From an uncultured Acidimicrobiaceae bacterium (GTDB lineage: Bacteria > Actinomycetota > Acidimicrobiia > Acidimicrobiales > RAAP-2), in the NCBI GenBank assembly GCA_964573595.1, contig CAZNLF010000001.1, positions 1 to 58,779 on the forward strand: a DNA stretch of 58,779 nucleotides. The letters run 5' to 3'. This document shows positions 35,531 to 44,149 of the stretch, in pieces (the stretch's first letter is position 1; each line of letters begins with the position of its first letter). The position numbers were made by a program, and so were the translations under genes. The notes beneath the pieces are model-generated. The model did not search any database. It saw only the letters and a list, made by a program, of their open reading frames with translations, and was not told the DNA's origin.

Positions 35531-35549
35531 CGCGTCACGAGCGTACTGG

Positions 35550-36050
35550 TCAGGCGCCACCGTCCGACTCCGGCGTGCCCGGCGCGATCCGCCGGACGTG
35601 CTCGCCGATGGTCAGCGACGTCCCCGTCGACTGGACCACCCAGAACTCGCCCTTCTGCAGCCGGAGCTTCTTGCGGGCGGTCGGAGTCAGCTCGGGGGTC
35701 AGCGCCTCGAGGATCGCGGTGGACACGTCACCGTGGGTGCAGAGGACGGCGGATTCCCCGGCCATCGTCCGCATGAGCCTGACCCCGTCGGCACCGTGCC
35801 CCTCGCCGAGCTCGTCGACGGACTCGACCCCCAGCCCGAGCGCTTCGGCGATGGGCTGCACGGTCTCGCAGCACCGGACGAACGGGCTCGAGAGGACCCG
35901 CTGCGGGTGATAGGCGCTGAGCAGCGGCACCAGAGCCGCGGCCCGGGCCTGCCCCCGGGCGGTGAGCGGGCGCGACCGGTCATCGCCCTGGTAGGCGCCT
36001 CGTCTCCCGGCCTGCGCGTGGCGGACTACCAGCAGCGGCATGGGGAGCAT
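35550..36050 (-). CDS. histidine phosphatase family protein (SixA/PGAM-like)
   Basis: LLVVRHAQAG, LTARG and VLCTHGDV. 166 aa. Confidence 0.75.
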   Translation of the reverse strand: MLPMPLLVVRHAQAGRRGAYQGDDRSRPLTARGQARAAALVPLLSAYHPQRVLSSPFVRCCETVQPIAEALGLGVESVDELGEGHGADGVRLMRTMAGESAVLCTHGDVSTAILEALTPELTPTARKKLRLQKGEFWVVQSTGTSLTIGEHVRRIAPGTPESDGGA

Positions 36051-36054
36051 GCTG

Positions 36055-36603
36055 TCATGGCGAGGGCTCCGGACGAACGATCCCGTCGGGTCGGTACCCG
36101 ACAGAGGGCCCGGGAACCTCGATGCCGGGGTCGGTGGGAAGGGGGAACGCGTCGAGGTCCCGGCCGTGCCGCGCCAACGAGTGGTACCGGCGACCGGCGA
36201 ACCACCAGCGGCCCGAGGAGAACGCGTAGCGATCGTGATAGAGGCCGTAGGCGTTGGTCCATCGGCCGGTCTCCCGGTCCTGGCGCAGCTCGCACATGAA
36301 CATCCGGCCGACCGCCGTTCCGGCCAGCGGTCCTTCGGGGAACACGATGTGGGCGTTGAGGATCACGAACTCGAAGAACTCGAACCGGTCGACCGCACCA
36401 CCGATGAAGGCGCCGAGCTCGGTGCCGCCCACCACCCGCAGTGGCTCGCCCTCGCGGCGGTCGACGACGACCTCGGCATCGGGCCGGAACAGCAGGTCCA
36501 ACTCGGGCCAGGCCCGCCGGTTCACCGTATCGGCATAGGCATGCTGCAACCGGCGCACCGCGGTGTCGTGCACGGCCTCGGCCACCAGTGGATCCTCGAT
36601 CAC
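36055..36603 (-). CDS. NTF2-like (SnoaL-type) protein
   Basis: 182 aa. AVRRLQHAYADTVNRRAWPELDLLFRPDAEVV is typical of SnoaL_4-like proteins. 4-nt gap to the phosphatase gene. Confidence 0.6.
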   Translation of the reverse strand: MIEDPLVAEAVHDTAVRRLQHAYADTVNRRAWPELDLLFRPDAEVVVDRREGEPLRVVGGTELGAFIGGAVDRFEFFEFVILNAHIVFPEGPLAGTAVGRMFMCELRQDRETGRWTNAYGLYHDRYAFSSGRWWFAGRRYHSLARHGRDLDAFPLPTDPGIEVPGPSVGYRPDGIVRPEPSP

Positions 36604-36674
36604 GTTCGCACGATAGTGGGAGGCCGGGGACGCCCCTCCCTCATCGGCTGGAATGACGGTGGGCTCCCGTGAGG

Positions 36675-38603
36675 TCAGCCTCCGAACCGCCCGCCGCCGG
36701 CACCGCCGAACCCACCGGCACCACCGAACCCGCCGGCACCGCCGAACCCGCCGCCCCCGAGCCCGCCGCCGAACCCGGAACGGGTGGTCGTCGTGGACGT
36801 GCTCGGCAGTGGTTGGTTCAGGTCGGCGAGGGACACGACCTCACCGGGGGTCACGCCGGAGGTGACCTGGGTCAGGATGTCACCCACCGTGCCGACGGTG
36901 ACCCTCATCTCCTTCGGGGTGTTGGCGTCCACGACGGTCACCAGGTGCTCGGACCCCAGGGTGCGCACGGCCGAGGACGGCACCGTGGTGACCCCGACCG
37001 ACCTCTTCACCACGACGGACACACCGGCCTGGGCTCCGGAGAGCTGACCGAGATCGGGCGAGGTCAGTGCGATCGTGACCGGGTAGGTGGTCGTCGTCCC
37101 GGTCGTGCCGATCACGCCGATCGACGACACCGTTCCGTGCTCGACCGAGTTCGTGGAGTCCGGGGTGACCGTCGCCAGCTGGCCGACAGCCACCTTCCCG
37201 ATATCGGCCACGGCGATGGAGGTCGAGATGTCATAGGAGGAGCCGGTGCCGATGACGACGATCTCGGGACTCGTCGAACTGCCCCCCGCCGTCACCGTCC
37301 CCCCGGCAGCGATGGTCACCGCCGCCACGGTTCCGTCGACGGTACTGACCAGGTCGGCACCGGTGAGCGCCTGCTGGGCGTCGGACAGGTTGGCCTCGGC
37401 GGTGTCGATGGAGGCCTGGTCGACGGCGAGCTGCTGTGGGGTCGCCGCCTTCGCCCCGCTGCTGCCCGAGCCCGACTTCGCTCCGCCCGAGGTGCCGGAC
37501 CCGGTGCCGGAGGTGCTGTTCGACGACGTCGCCGCAACGCCCGAGGAGGTGCCGGACGCTGTTGTGGCCGCGCCCGAGGTGTTGATGGCACCACCGAGGG
37601 CGCTCTCGGCCGCGGCGACCTTCTTGAGGTCGGCGGAGACTGCCGCCTGCGCCGAGCTTGCCTGAGCCAGGGCCTGGCTGCACGTCGTCGGGGCCGTGCC
37701 GGATCCCTGCGTGGCCCCGGTACCCGATCCCGGGCCCGATCCCGGGCCCGCCGCCGCGTCGGTCGGGTCGGACGACGAAGGGGTCGCTGTCGTCGGGTCG
37801 GTGGAGCTGTCCGAGCTGGCCGGAGTCGTCGGAGTCGTCGGAGTCGTCGGAGCGGAGGCCTCGCACAGCGTGGTGGCCGCGGCGAGAGCGGACGTGGCCT
37901 GAGTGGAGGCGGAATCCGCCTCGGTCTGTGCCGCCACGAGTGCCGCCTGTGCTTTGGCGATCTGCTGCTTGTCCTGGGCATCCTGGCCACCGGTTGACGT
38001 CGAGGCGGCCGGCGTGGTCGACCCGGTCGACGCATCGGTCGATGTCTGGCTCGCCTCAGCGTTGGCCAGGGTCGCCTGGGCCGAGGCCACGGAGGCCTGG
38101 GCGGTGGTGACGGCCGCATCCAGCGTGGCGATGTCCAGCGACGCCACTGTCTCGCCGGCGGTGACCTTCTGACCGACCGACACGTTGACGGCGCTGATCG
38201 TCCCGGAGGCGTCGAAGTTGAGATCGGCCTGATCGACCGGCGTGATCGTGCCCACGGAGTCGAGGGTCTGCTCGACGGTGCCGGTCCCGACGACGGCCGT
38301 GCGGTAGGTCGAAGCGGCGCCACCGGTCAGGCTCCATGCCACCAGTGCCGCCGCGACCAGGACCACTGCCGCGCCGATCCGGAGCGGCGAGAGCCAGCCG
38401 GATCCGTGAGGACCGGCGCTCGACCCGTCGTCGACCGGCGCGTGGCCGGACCGCGTCGACCCTTCCCCGGGCGATCCGGGCGAAGTCGGTGGGCCCGACG
38501 AACCGGTGGGATCCGCCCCGGACCGGTCAGGCACCGGCCGGGCCGCCCGGAGCCCCGCCCGCTCCACGGAATCCTCCGAACCCGCTGGTGCAACCGTTGG
38601 CAC
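36675..38603 (-). CDS. HlyD/MacA-type periplasmic adaptor with low-complexity insert and Gly/Phe-rich tail
   Basis: TM segment LRIGAAVVLVAAALVAW and lipoyl-like GTISAVNVSVGQKVTAGETVASLD. The tail is GFGGGLGGGGFGGAGGFGGAGGFGGAGGGRFGG. The start is uncertain (ATG 38603, or GTG at 38567 or 38534). Confidence 0.7.
   Translation of the reverse strand: MPTVAPAGSEDSVERAGLRAARPVPDRSGADPTGSSGPPTSPGSPGEGSTRSGHAPVDDGSSAGPHGSGWLSPLRIGAAVVLVAAALVAWSLTGGAASTYRTAVVGTGTVEQTLDSVGTITPVDQADLNFDASGTISAVNVSVGQKVTAGETVASLDIATLDAAVTTAQASVASAQATLANAEASQTSTDASTGSTTPAASTSTGGQDAQDKQQIAKAQAALVAAQTEADSASTQATSALAAATTLCEASAPTTPTTPTTPASSDSSTDPTTATPSSSDPTDAAAGPGSGPGSGTGATQGSGTAPTTCSQALAQASSAQAAVSADLKKVAAAESALGGAINTSGAATTASGTSSGVAATSSNSTSGTGSGTSGGAKSGSGSSGAKAATPQQLAVDQASIDTAEANLSDAQQALTGADLVSTVDGTVAAVTIAAGGTVTAGGSSTSPEIVVIGTGSSYDISTSIAVADIGKVAVGQLATVTPDSTNSVEHGTVSSIGVIGTTGTTTTYPVTIALTSPDLGQLSGAQAGVSVVVKRSVGVTTVPSSAVRTLGSEHLVTVVDANTPKEMRVTVGTVGDILTQVTSGVTPGEVVSLADLNQPLPSTSTTTTRSGFGGGLGGGGFGGAGGFGGAGGFGGAGGGRFGG
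36697..36750. repeat. tandem 18-nt repeat x3 within coding sequence
   Basis: CCGGCACCGCCGAACCCA, CCGGCACCACCGAACCCG and CCGGCACCGCCGAACCCG encode (GFGGAG)n of the adaptor tail. Confidence 0.9.
37822..37848. repeat. tandem 9-nt repeat x3 within coding sequence
   Basis: GGAGTCGTC x3 encodes PTTPTTPTT in the adaptor low-complexity insert. Confidence 0.9.
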
Positions 38604-39468
38604 CGGGCGTGGAGAGCGTGATCGACCGAGCCGTCACCGCCCCGGTCGAGTCGGCCTGACCGACCGCGGTGGCGCACTTGCCAACGGCCAGGTCGCCGGC
38701 CGAGCCTGTCGTGCGTTGGGTGTACGTGGTCGCCGCCGTCAACGTCACCGCCACACTCGACGTCTTCTGCGTCTGGGGATTGGTCTCGCTGACCGTTACG
38801 GTCGACCCGTTCACCCCTGACACCGAGCCCGAGGCCGCGCCGAAGCCCCCGGCGGCGAACCGACCGCCTCCGTTGGTCCGTTCGCCCGAACCTCCACCGG
38901 GGAACCCGCCGCCGCTCCGACCGCCACTGCCCCCGCGGGCAAAGGCCCCACCACCGGCACCGCCGGCACCGCCGAAGCCGCGGGAGCAGGTGCCCGATGT
39001 CGGCTGGGTGATGGTGACCGTCGTGGCCGTCACCGGTTCGCCGAATGCCGACTTGGTGGACGACGAGGTCGAGGTCGGCTTTCCGAATGCCGAGATGCAG
39101 GACCCGACGGTGACATCCGTTGCCGCGGCGGCCACCGTCTGCTCGAAGGTCGTGGTGGTCGTGTAGTTGACGGTCGTCTGGCTCGTCGAACTCTGCACCT
39201 CGAGTGAGGTGCCGTTGATCGCCGCGATCGATCCGGAGGTGCCCGGGAACGTTCGGGCGCCCGTGCCGCCGCTGCCCCCGGTGGCCGAGGACTTGGCCGT
39301 CGTCGAGGTGGTCGACGCCGACGAGGATCCGCCGCACGCGGCCATCGTGACCGCGGCCACGCCGAGGACCGAAAGGGCCAGGGCCTTCCTCGCCGTCATG
39401 GAGCGCGTGGGACGACGCCGGTTGGCGTCACGGCTCGAATGGTCTGTCTTCATGGTTGGGTCGTTCAT
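38527..39468 (-). CDS. secreted lipoprotein with two internally duplicated beta-rich domains (DUF5666-like) and Gly-rich linker and tail
   Basis: Lipobox VAAVTMAAC-GG. The two repeats are G(T/A)SGS..NG(T/S)..V.....T(V/L)T......C......G...TA..(V/I)T(I/L)..P...(G)C(S/T).GFGG. The start is ATG 39468 (AAGGAAGAG upstream) or 39399. Confidence 0.6.
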   Translation of the reverse strand: MNDPTMKTDHSSRDANRRRPTRSMTARKALALSVLGVAAVTMAACGGSSSASTTSTTAKSSATGGSGGTGARTFPGTSGSIAAINGTSLEVQSSTSQTTVNYTTTTTFEQTVAAAATDVTVGSCISAFGKPTSTSSSTKSAFGEPVTATTVTITQPTSGTCSRGFGGAGGAGGGAFARGGSGGRSGGGFPGGGSGERTNGGGRFAAGGFGAASGSVSGVNGSTVTVSETNPQTQKTSSVAVTLTAATTYTQRTTGSAGDLAVGKCATAVGQADSTGAVTARSITLSTPGANGCTSGFGGFRGAGGAPGGPAGA

Positions 39469-39511
39469 CGCTCTTCCTTGTCTTGCGTCGCTGGTGGGGC
39501 TGTCGAAGGTC

Positions 39512-40756
39512 TCATTCGCTGCGCAGGGCGTCGATCGGCGGCAGCTTCGCCGCGCGGCTCGCCGGGTAGACGCCGAAGGCCACCCCGATGGCGATGGCCA
39601 CCGCAATGGCACCCACCGTGGCGACCGGCGAGATGGTGATGGGGTCGGAGATGAAATGCGGCAGGATCCAGGCGCCGAGGATGCCGAGTCCCGCCCCGAG
39701 CAGGCCGCCGACCAGTCCGAGCACCGATGCCTCGACGAGGAACTGCCGCCGGATGACGCGGGGAGTGGCGCCGAGCGCCTTGCGCAGGCCGATCTCACGG
39801 ATGCGCTCGGTCACCGACACCAGCATGATGTTCATGACGCCGATCCCCCCGACCAGCAGCGAGATGCCGGCGATACCCCCCAGCAAAACGGTCAGCGTCT
39901 TGTCGACCGAGGTCGCCGTGGCCACCACGGAGGTCTCCGGGGTGATGGTGAAATCGGCCTCTGTTGGCGTGGTGACGGCGTGAAGGCTGAGCAGCTCGTA
40001 GTCAGCCTCCTGGTAGGCGGCCGAGAGCGTCGACGACGAGGTCGCCTGGACGAGGATGTCGCTCACCGAGTTCCGGGCGGTGCCGCCGATCAACTCGGTC
40101 GATGCCGTGGTGATCGGCACGATGGCCTGGTCGTCCTGGTCGGAGGCGGTCGACGACGAGCCCGACGAGCCCACCGTGTTGAGCACCCCGATGACCTCCA
40201 TCGGCACACCGTCGACGGTGACGGTCTGGCCCACGGGGTCCCGGGCGTTGAACAGCTCCTCGGCGGTGGTCGATCCCAGCACCACGACATTGGCACGGGT
40301 CGACACGTCGTGGCCGGCGATGAACCGTCCCTCGGTCATCGACCGGCCGCGCACGGTCAGCCACGACGGATCGGTGCCGACCACTGAGGTGGTCCAGTTG
40401 GTCGTGCCCGCCACCAGCGTCTGCGACTCCGTGGTGGTGGGAGCCACCGCGGCGATGTCGGGCGCCACCGTCTTGGAGGACAGGGCGGCGGCGTCACCCA
40501 CCGTGAGCGTGGACGCCGATCCGAACCCGCCCCGGATCCCCGCCGTCGAGGTCGTGCTGCCCGGCGAGATGGTCAACAGGTTCGAACCGAGGGCGGTGAT
40601 CTCGGAGCTGACCTGCTGCTGGGCGCCCTCGCCGAGCCCGACGGTGAGGATCACCGCGGTGATGCCGATCATGATGCCGATCACGGTGAGGGTGGACCGC
40701 AGCCGGTGGGAGAGCACTCCCTCGAGGCCGGTGCGCAGCGTCTCGAGGAAGTTCAC
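39512..40756 (-). CDS. MacB/FtsX-family ABC permease
   Basis: 414 aa with an N-terminal TM, a large extracytoplasmic domain and a C-terminal FtsX bundle (RKALGATPRVIRRQFLVEA). GTGA overlap with the ATPase gene. Confidence 0.9.
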   Translation of the reverse strand: MNFLETLRTGLEGVLSHRLRSTLTVIGIMIGITAVILTVGLGEGAQQQVSSEITALGSNLLTISPGSTTSTAGIRGGFGSASTLTVGDAAALSSKTVAPDIAAVAPTTTESQTLVAGTTNWTTSVVGTDPSWLTVRGRSMTEGRFIAGHDVSTRANVVVLGSTTAEELFNARDPVGQTVTVDGVPMEVIGVLNTVGSSGSSSTASDQDDQAIVPITTASTELIGGTARNSVSDILVQATSSSTLSAAYQEADYELLSLHAVTTPTEADFTITPETSVVATATSVDKTLTVLLGGIAGISLLVGGIGVMNIMLVSVTERIREIGLRKALGATPRVIRRQFLVEASVLGLVGGLLGAGLGILGAWILPHFISDPITISPVATVGAIAVAIAIGVAFGVYPASRAAKLPPIDALRSE

Positions 40757-41553
40757 GGCGAGCCTGCGTTGCTTCCCGCCAGCGCGGAGCCGACGATCTG
40801 GCCGTCACGGATCCGGAGGGTGCGACCGGCGGCGTCCGCCACGTCGGACTCGTGCGTGATGAGCACGACCGTGCGCCCGCTCCGGTGCAGATCGTCGAAG
40901 AGGTCCAGCACGTCCTGGGCGGACACGGTGTCGAGGTTGCCGGTGGGCTCGTCCGCCAGGATCAGCGCCGGATCGGTGACCAGGGCGCGCGCCACCGCCA
41001 CCCGTTGCTGCTGACCCCCGGACAGCTCCCCGGGGCGGTGCTCGACCCGGCTGGCGAGCCCGACCCGCTCGAGGGCGGCGAGGGACCGCTCCTTGCGGGT
41101 GGACCGGTCGACCCCGGCATAGACCAGGGGCAGCTCCACGTTGCGCCAGGCCGACAGGGTGGCCAGCAGGTTGAACTGCTGGAACACGAATCCGATCCGG
41201 CGGTTGCGCACATGGGCCAGCTCCTCCTCGGACATGGTGCTGACGTCCTCTCCGGCCAGCCTGTAGGAGCCCGACGTCGGTACGTCGAGGCACCCGAGGA
41301 TGTGCATCAGGGTCGACTTGCCCGATCCCGACGGCCCCATGACGGCCACGTACTCGCCGGACTCGATCTCGAAAGAGACGCCGCGCAGCGCTTCGACCTC
41401 GAGTGAGCCGGTCCGGTAGACCTTGGTGACGTCTCGGACCTCGATCACGGCGCTGTGGAGGGCCGGGTGCTCACCCGTCTCCTCCAACCAGACCTCAGCC
41501 GTGTCGTCGAGCCCGATCGGTGGGCGCCGATCTCCTCGCGCCGGCGTCGTCAT
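40753..41553 (-). CDS. ABC transporter ATP-binding protein (MacB/LolD type)
   Basis: GPSGSGKSTL, LSGGQQQRVAVARAL and ILADEPTGNLD. ATGA overlap with the upstream adaptor. Confidence 0.95.
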   Translation of the reverse strand: MTTPARGDRRPPIGLDDTAEVWLEETGEHPALHSAVIEVRDVTKVYRTGSLEVEALRGVSFEIESGEYVAVMGPSGSGKSTLMHILGCLDVPTSGSYRLAGEDVSTMSEEELAHVRNRRIGFVFQQFNLLATLSAWRNVELPLVYAGVDRSTRKERSLAALERVGLASRVEHRPGELSGGQQQRVAVARALVTDPALILADEPTGNLDTVSAQDVLDLFDDLHRSGRTVVLITHESDVADAAGRTLRIRDGQIVGSALAGSNAGSP

Positions 41554-42848
41554 CCGCCGAACCCCCCGCCGCCCGAGAACCCGCCGCCACCACCCGAGAA
41601 CCCGCCGCCGGCGCCGCCGCCCGAGAACCCGCTCCGGCCGAAGAGACCGGTGCCGGTCCCGGAGCGGGCACCGTGGAAGGTCACCTCGGTCACGTAGATC
41701 TTGTCGCCGACCGACAACCCGCTGGTCACCTGGGTCTCACCCGCCGAAGCGGCGCCGATCCCGACCGTCCGGCTGACCTTGTTGCCATCGGAGTCGAGCA
41801 TGACCGTCGTGTCGCTCCCGCTGTACTGGATGGCCGTCGTCGGCACCACGATGACGTCCTGCAGCTCCTCGGTGATGATCGACACCGTGGCGCTGGATCC
41901 GCCGTAGAGGCCCGACGGGCTGCCGGTCACGTCGATGACCACGGGGAACGACGAGACGTCGGAACTCGTGCTGGCGAGCAGCCCGACCGTCGCCACGGTA
42001 CCGAAGACCTCCGATGTCGACCCCGAGACGGTGATCGTCGCCTGGTCCCCCACCTTCACCTGGCTCACCTGGGTGCTGTCGACGGTCGAATTGACGATGT
42101 AGGAGCCGGTGGAGACCACCACGATCTGAGCGGAGGACGCAGAGCTGGAGGACGTCGAGCTGGATCCCGTCGACGCCGCACCGGAGGAGGCACCCGTCGA
42201 GGCGGCACCGCCGGAGAACGAGCTGCCCCCGGTCGAGGAGCCGGATCCACCGGTCGCCGACGACGCGCCCGACGACGAGGACGAGCTCGAGCCGGTCACC
42301 TGTTGACCGACGGTGAGGTTCACCGATGCAACCGTGCCGGCGATGGTCGAGGTGAGCGTGGCGTCATCGAGGGAGGTCTGGGCCGACGCCACCTGGCTCT
42401 GTGCGGAGGCCACGCTCGCTTCGTCCGAGGCGATCTGGGCGGTGGAGGCGCCGTCGGCCTGGTCGGTGGTGAGCTGGGCCTGGTCGAGGGCCAGTGTCGC
42501 CTGTGCCTGTGCGAGGGCCGCGGACAGCGAGGCGTCGTCGATGGTGGCGAGCGCCTGACCGACGGTCACCGTCTGGCCGGCCGTGACGTCGACCGCGGTG
42601 ACCCGGCCCGACACGCCGAAGTCGAGGTTGGCCTGGGCCGCCGGCTCGACGGTGCCGGACGACGCCACCGTCTGGGTGATCGTGCCGGTGGCGACCTTTT
42701 GGACCGTGGTGGTCGTCGTGATCAGCGGGGCGGCGCTCGAGCTGCGTGTACCGAGCCAGGTCCCCAACCCGGCGGCGACGACGACCACGGCCAGGGCGGC
42801 GATGATCGTCCCCTTCCTCGAGTACCACTTCCTGCGCTTGGATACCAC
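41550..42848 (-). CDS. HlyD/MacA-type periplasmic adaptor with Gly/Phe-rich tail
   Basis: TM IIAALAVVVVAAGLG, lipoyl-like GRVTAVDVTAGQTVTVGQALATID and a coiled-coil AQAQATLALDQAQL. The tail is GFSGGGAGGGFSGGGGGFSGGGGFGG. Confidence 0.8.
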   Translation of the reverse strand: MVSKRRKWYSRKGTIIAALAVVVVAAGLGTWLGTRSSSAAPLITTTTTVQKVATGTITQTVASSGTVEPAAQANLDFGVSGRVTAVDVTAGQTVTVGQALATIDDASLSAALAQAQATLALDQAQLTTDQADGASTAQIASDEASVASAQSQVASAQTSLDDATLTSTIAGTVASVNLTVGQQVTGSSSSSSSGASSATGGSGSSTGGSSFSGGAASTGASSGAASTGSSSTSSSSASSAQIVVVSTGSYIVNSTVDSTQVSQVKVGDQATITVSGSTSEVFGTVATVGLLASTSSDVSSFPVVIDVTGSPSGLYGGSSATVSIITEELQDVIVVPTTAIQYSGSDTTVMLDSDGNKVSRTVGIGAASAGETQVTSGLSVGDKIYVTEVTFHGARSGTGTGLFGRSGFSGGGAGGGFSGGGGGFSGGGGFGG

Positions 42849-43168
42849 GTGCGCCTCGCTTGCTGTTCAGCTGTCGAATCCGGAGCCGGGGAGTTCGTCC
42901 TGGACGGCACGCGCTGCGGGCTCGCCGAGGACCGGCCCACGTCATCCAATCCGGTGAACATTTACGCCAGGCAACAACCACCTGTGAGCTTCCTGAGAAC
43001 GGCCTGGTCCTGACCCGGATGACGAAACGGCCTGTCCAGGCATTCATTCCGCCCCGGAAGACCCTTGCCCACCGTCCGCCGCCCCCGGTCCGGGTCCATC
43101 GCCGTAAGGTGCGTCGTGGGACAGACCGGGCCTGTGCCGGGCTGCCCGTCGACCATGGGAGGTGCCCG

Positions 43169-44149
43169 TTGCGGTACGTGAACCTCGGCAAGACCGGCCT
43201 TCGGGTGTCGCGGGTCTGCCTCGGCATGATGAGCTTCGGGAACGACAGCGAACGGAAGTGGGTACTCGACGAAGAGCACGCCGAGCCGATCATCCGGGCG
43301 GCGGTCGAGGGAGGCATCACCTTCTTCGACACGGCCGACACCTACTCGGGAGGGGCCAGCGAGATCGCAACCGGGCGGCTCCTGCCCAAGTTCCTCGGGC
43401 GGGACGAGATGGTGGTCGCGACCAAGGTGTTCATGCCGATGACCCCGGGCGAGAACGGGGCCGGCCTGTCGCGCAAGCACGTCCTTTCGGCCATCGACGC
43501 CTCGTTGGGCCGGTTGGACATGGACTACGTCGACCTCTACCAGATCCACCGGTGGGACCCCCGGACCTCCATCGAGGAGACCATGGAGGCGCTCCACGAC
43601 GTGGTCCGGGCGGGCAAGGCCCGCTACATAGGCGCCAGCAGCATGTTCGCCTGGCAGTTCGCCAAGGCGCAGCACGTGGCCGACCTCAACCACTGGACCC
43701 GGTTCGTGTCGATGCAGCCCCATTACAACCTCATCTACCGCGAGGAGGAGCGGGAGATGATCCCCCAGTGCATCGACCAGGGCGTCGGGGTCATCCCCTG
43801 GAGTCCATTGGCCCGCGGCGTGCTCGCCGGCAACCGCAGCCGGGGGGGTGACCGGAACACCACCCGGTCCGACACGGACGACTTCACCGACTACCTGTAC
43901 AGCCAGCCCACCGACTTCGACGTCGTCGAACGCGTGGCGGAGGTCGCGTCGGAACGCAGTGTTCCCCCGGCCCAGGTGGCGCTGGCCTGGCTCCTGCGAC
44001 AGCCGGGGATCACCGCCCCGATCGTCGGGGCCACCAAGCCCGGGCACCTCGAGGATGCCCTGGCCGCCGAGCAGCTGGAGCTGAGCGACGACGAGGCGAC
44101 GCGGTTGGAGGAGCCCTACGTGCCGCACCCGGTGCTCGGCCACTTCTAG
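43169..44149 (+). CDS. aldo/keto reductase
   Basis: (M)RYVNLGKTGLRVSRVCLGMMSFG and FFDTADTYSGG. TTG start 6 nt after GGGAGG. The track ORF start 42860 adds an Arg-rich leader. Confidence 0.9.
   Translation: MRYVNLGKTGLRVSRVCLGMMSFGNDSERKWVLDEEHAEPIIRAAVEGGITFFDTADTYSGGASEIATGRLLPKFLGRDEMVVATKVFMPMTPGENGAGLSRKHVLSAIDASLGRLDMDYVDLYQIHRWDPRTSIEETMEALHDVVRAGKARYIGASSMFAWQFAKAQHVADLNHWTRFVSMQPHYNLIYREEEREMIPQCIDQGVGVIPWSPLARGVLAGNRSRGGDRNTTRSDTDDFTDYLYSQPTDFDVVERVAEVASERSVPPAQVALAWLLRQPGITAPIVGATKPGHLEDALAAEQLELSDDEATRLEEPYVPHPVLGHF

Noticed and set aside
36618-36640. GGGAGG...CCTCCC hairpin between the adaptor stop and the NTF2-like start, as a terminator splitting the long minus-strand block.
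   Set aside because: The stem is interrupted (4+4 bp with a bulge, or 6 bp with an 11-nt loop) and there is no U-tract. That is too weak to call, so operon boundaries here remain open.
42865-42890. tRNA T-loop-like string GTCGAATCCGG.
   Set aside because: The flanking bases cannot form a T-stem and no acceptor or anticodon arms are apparent. No tRNA is called anywhere in the window.
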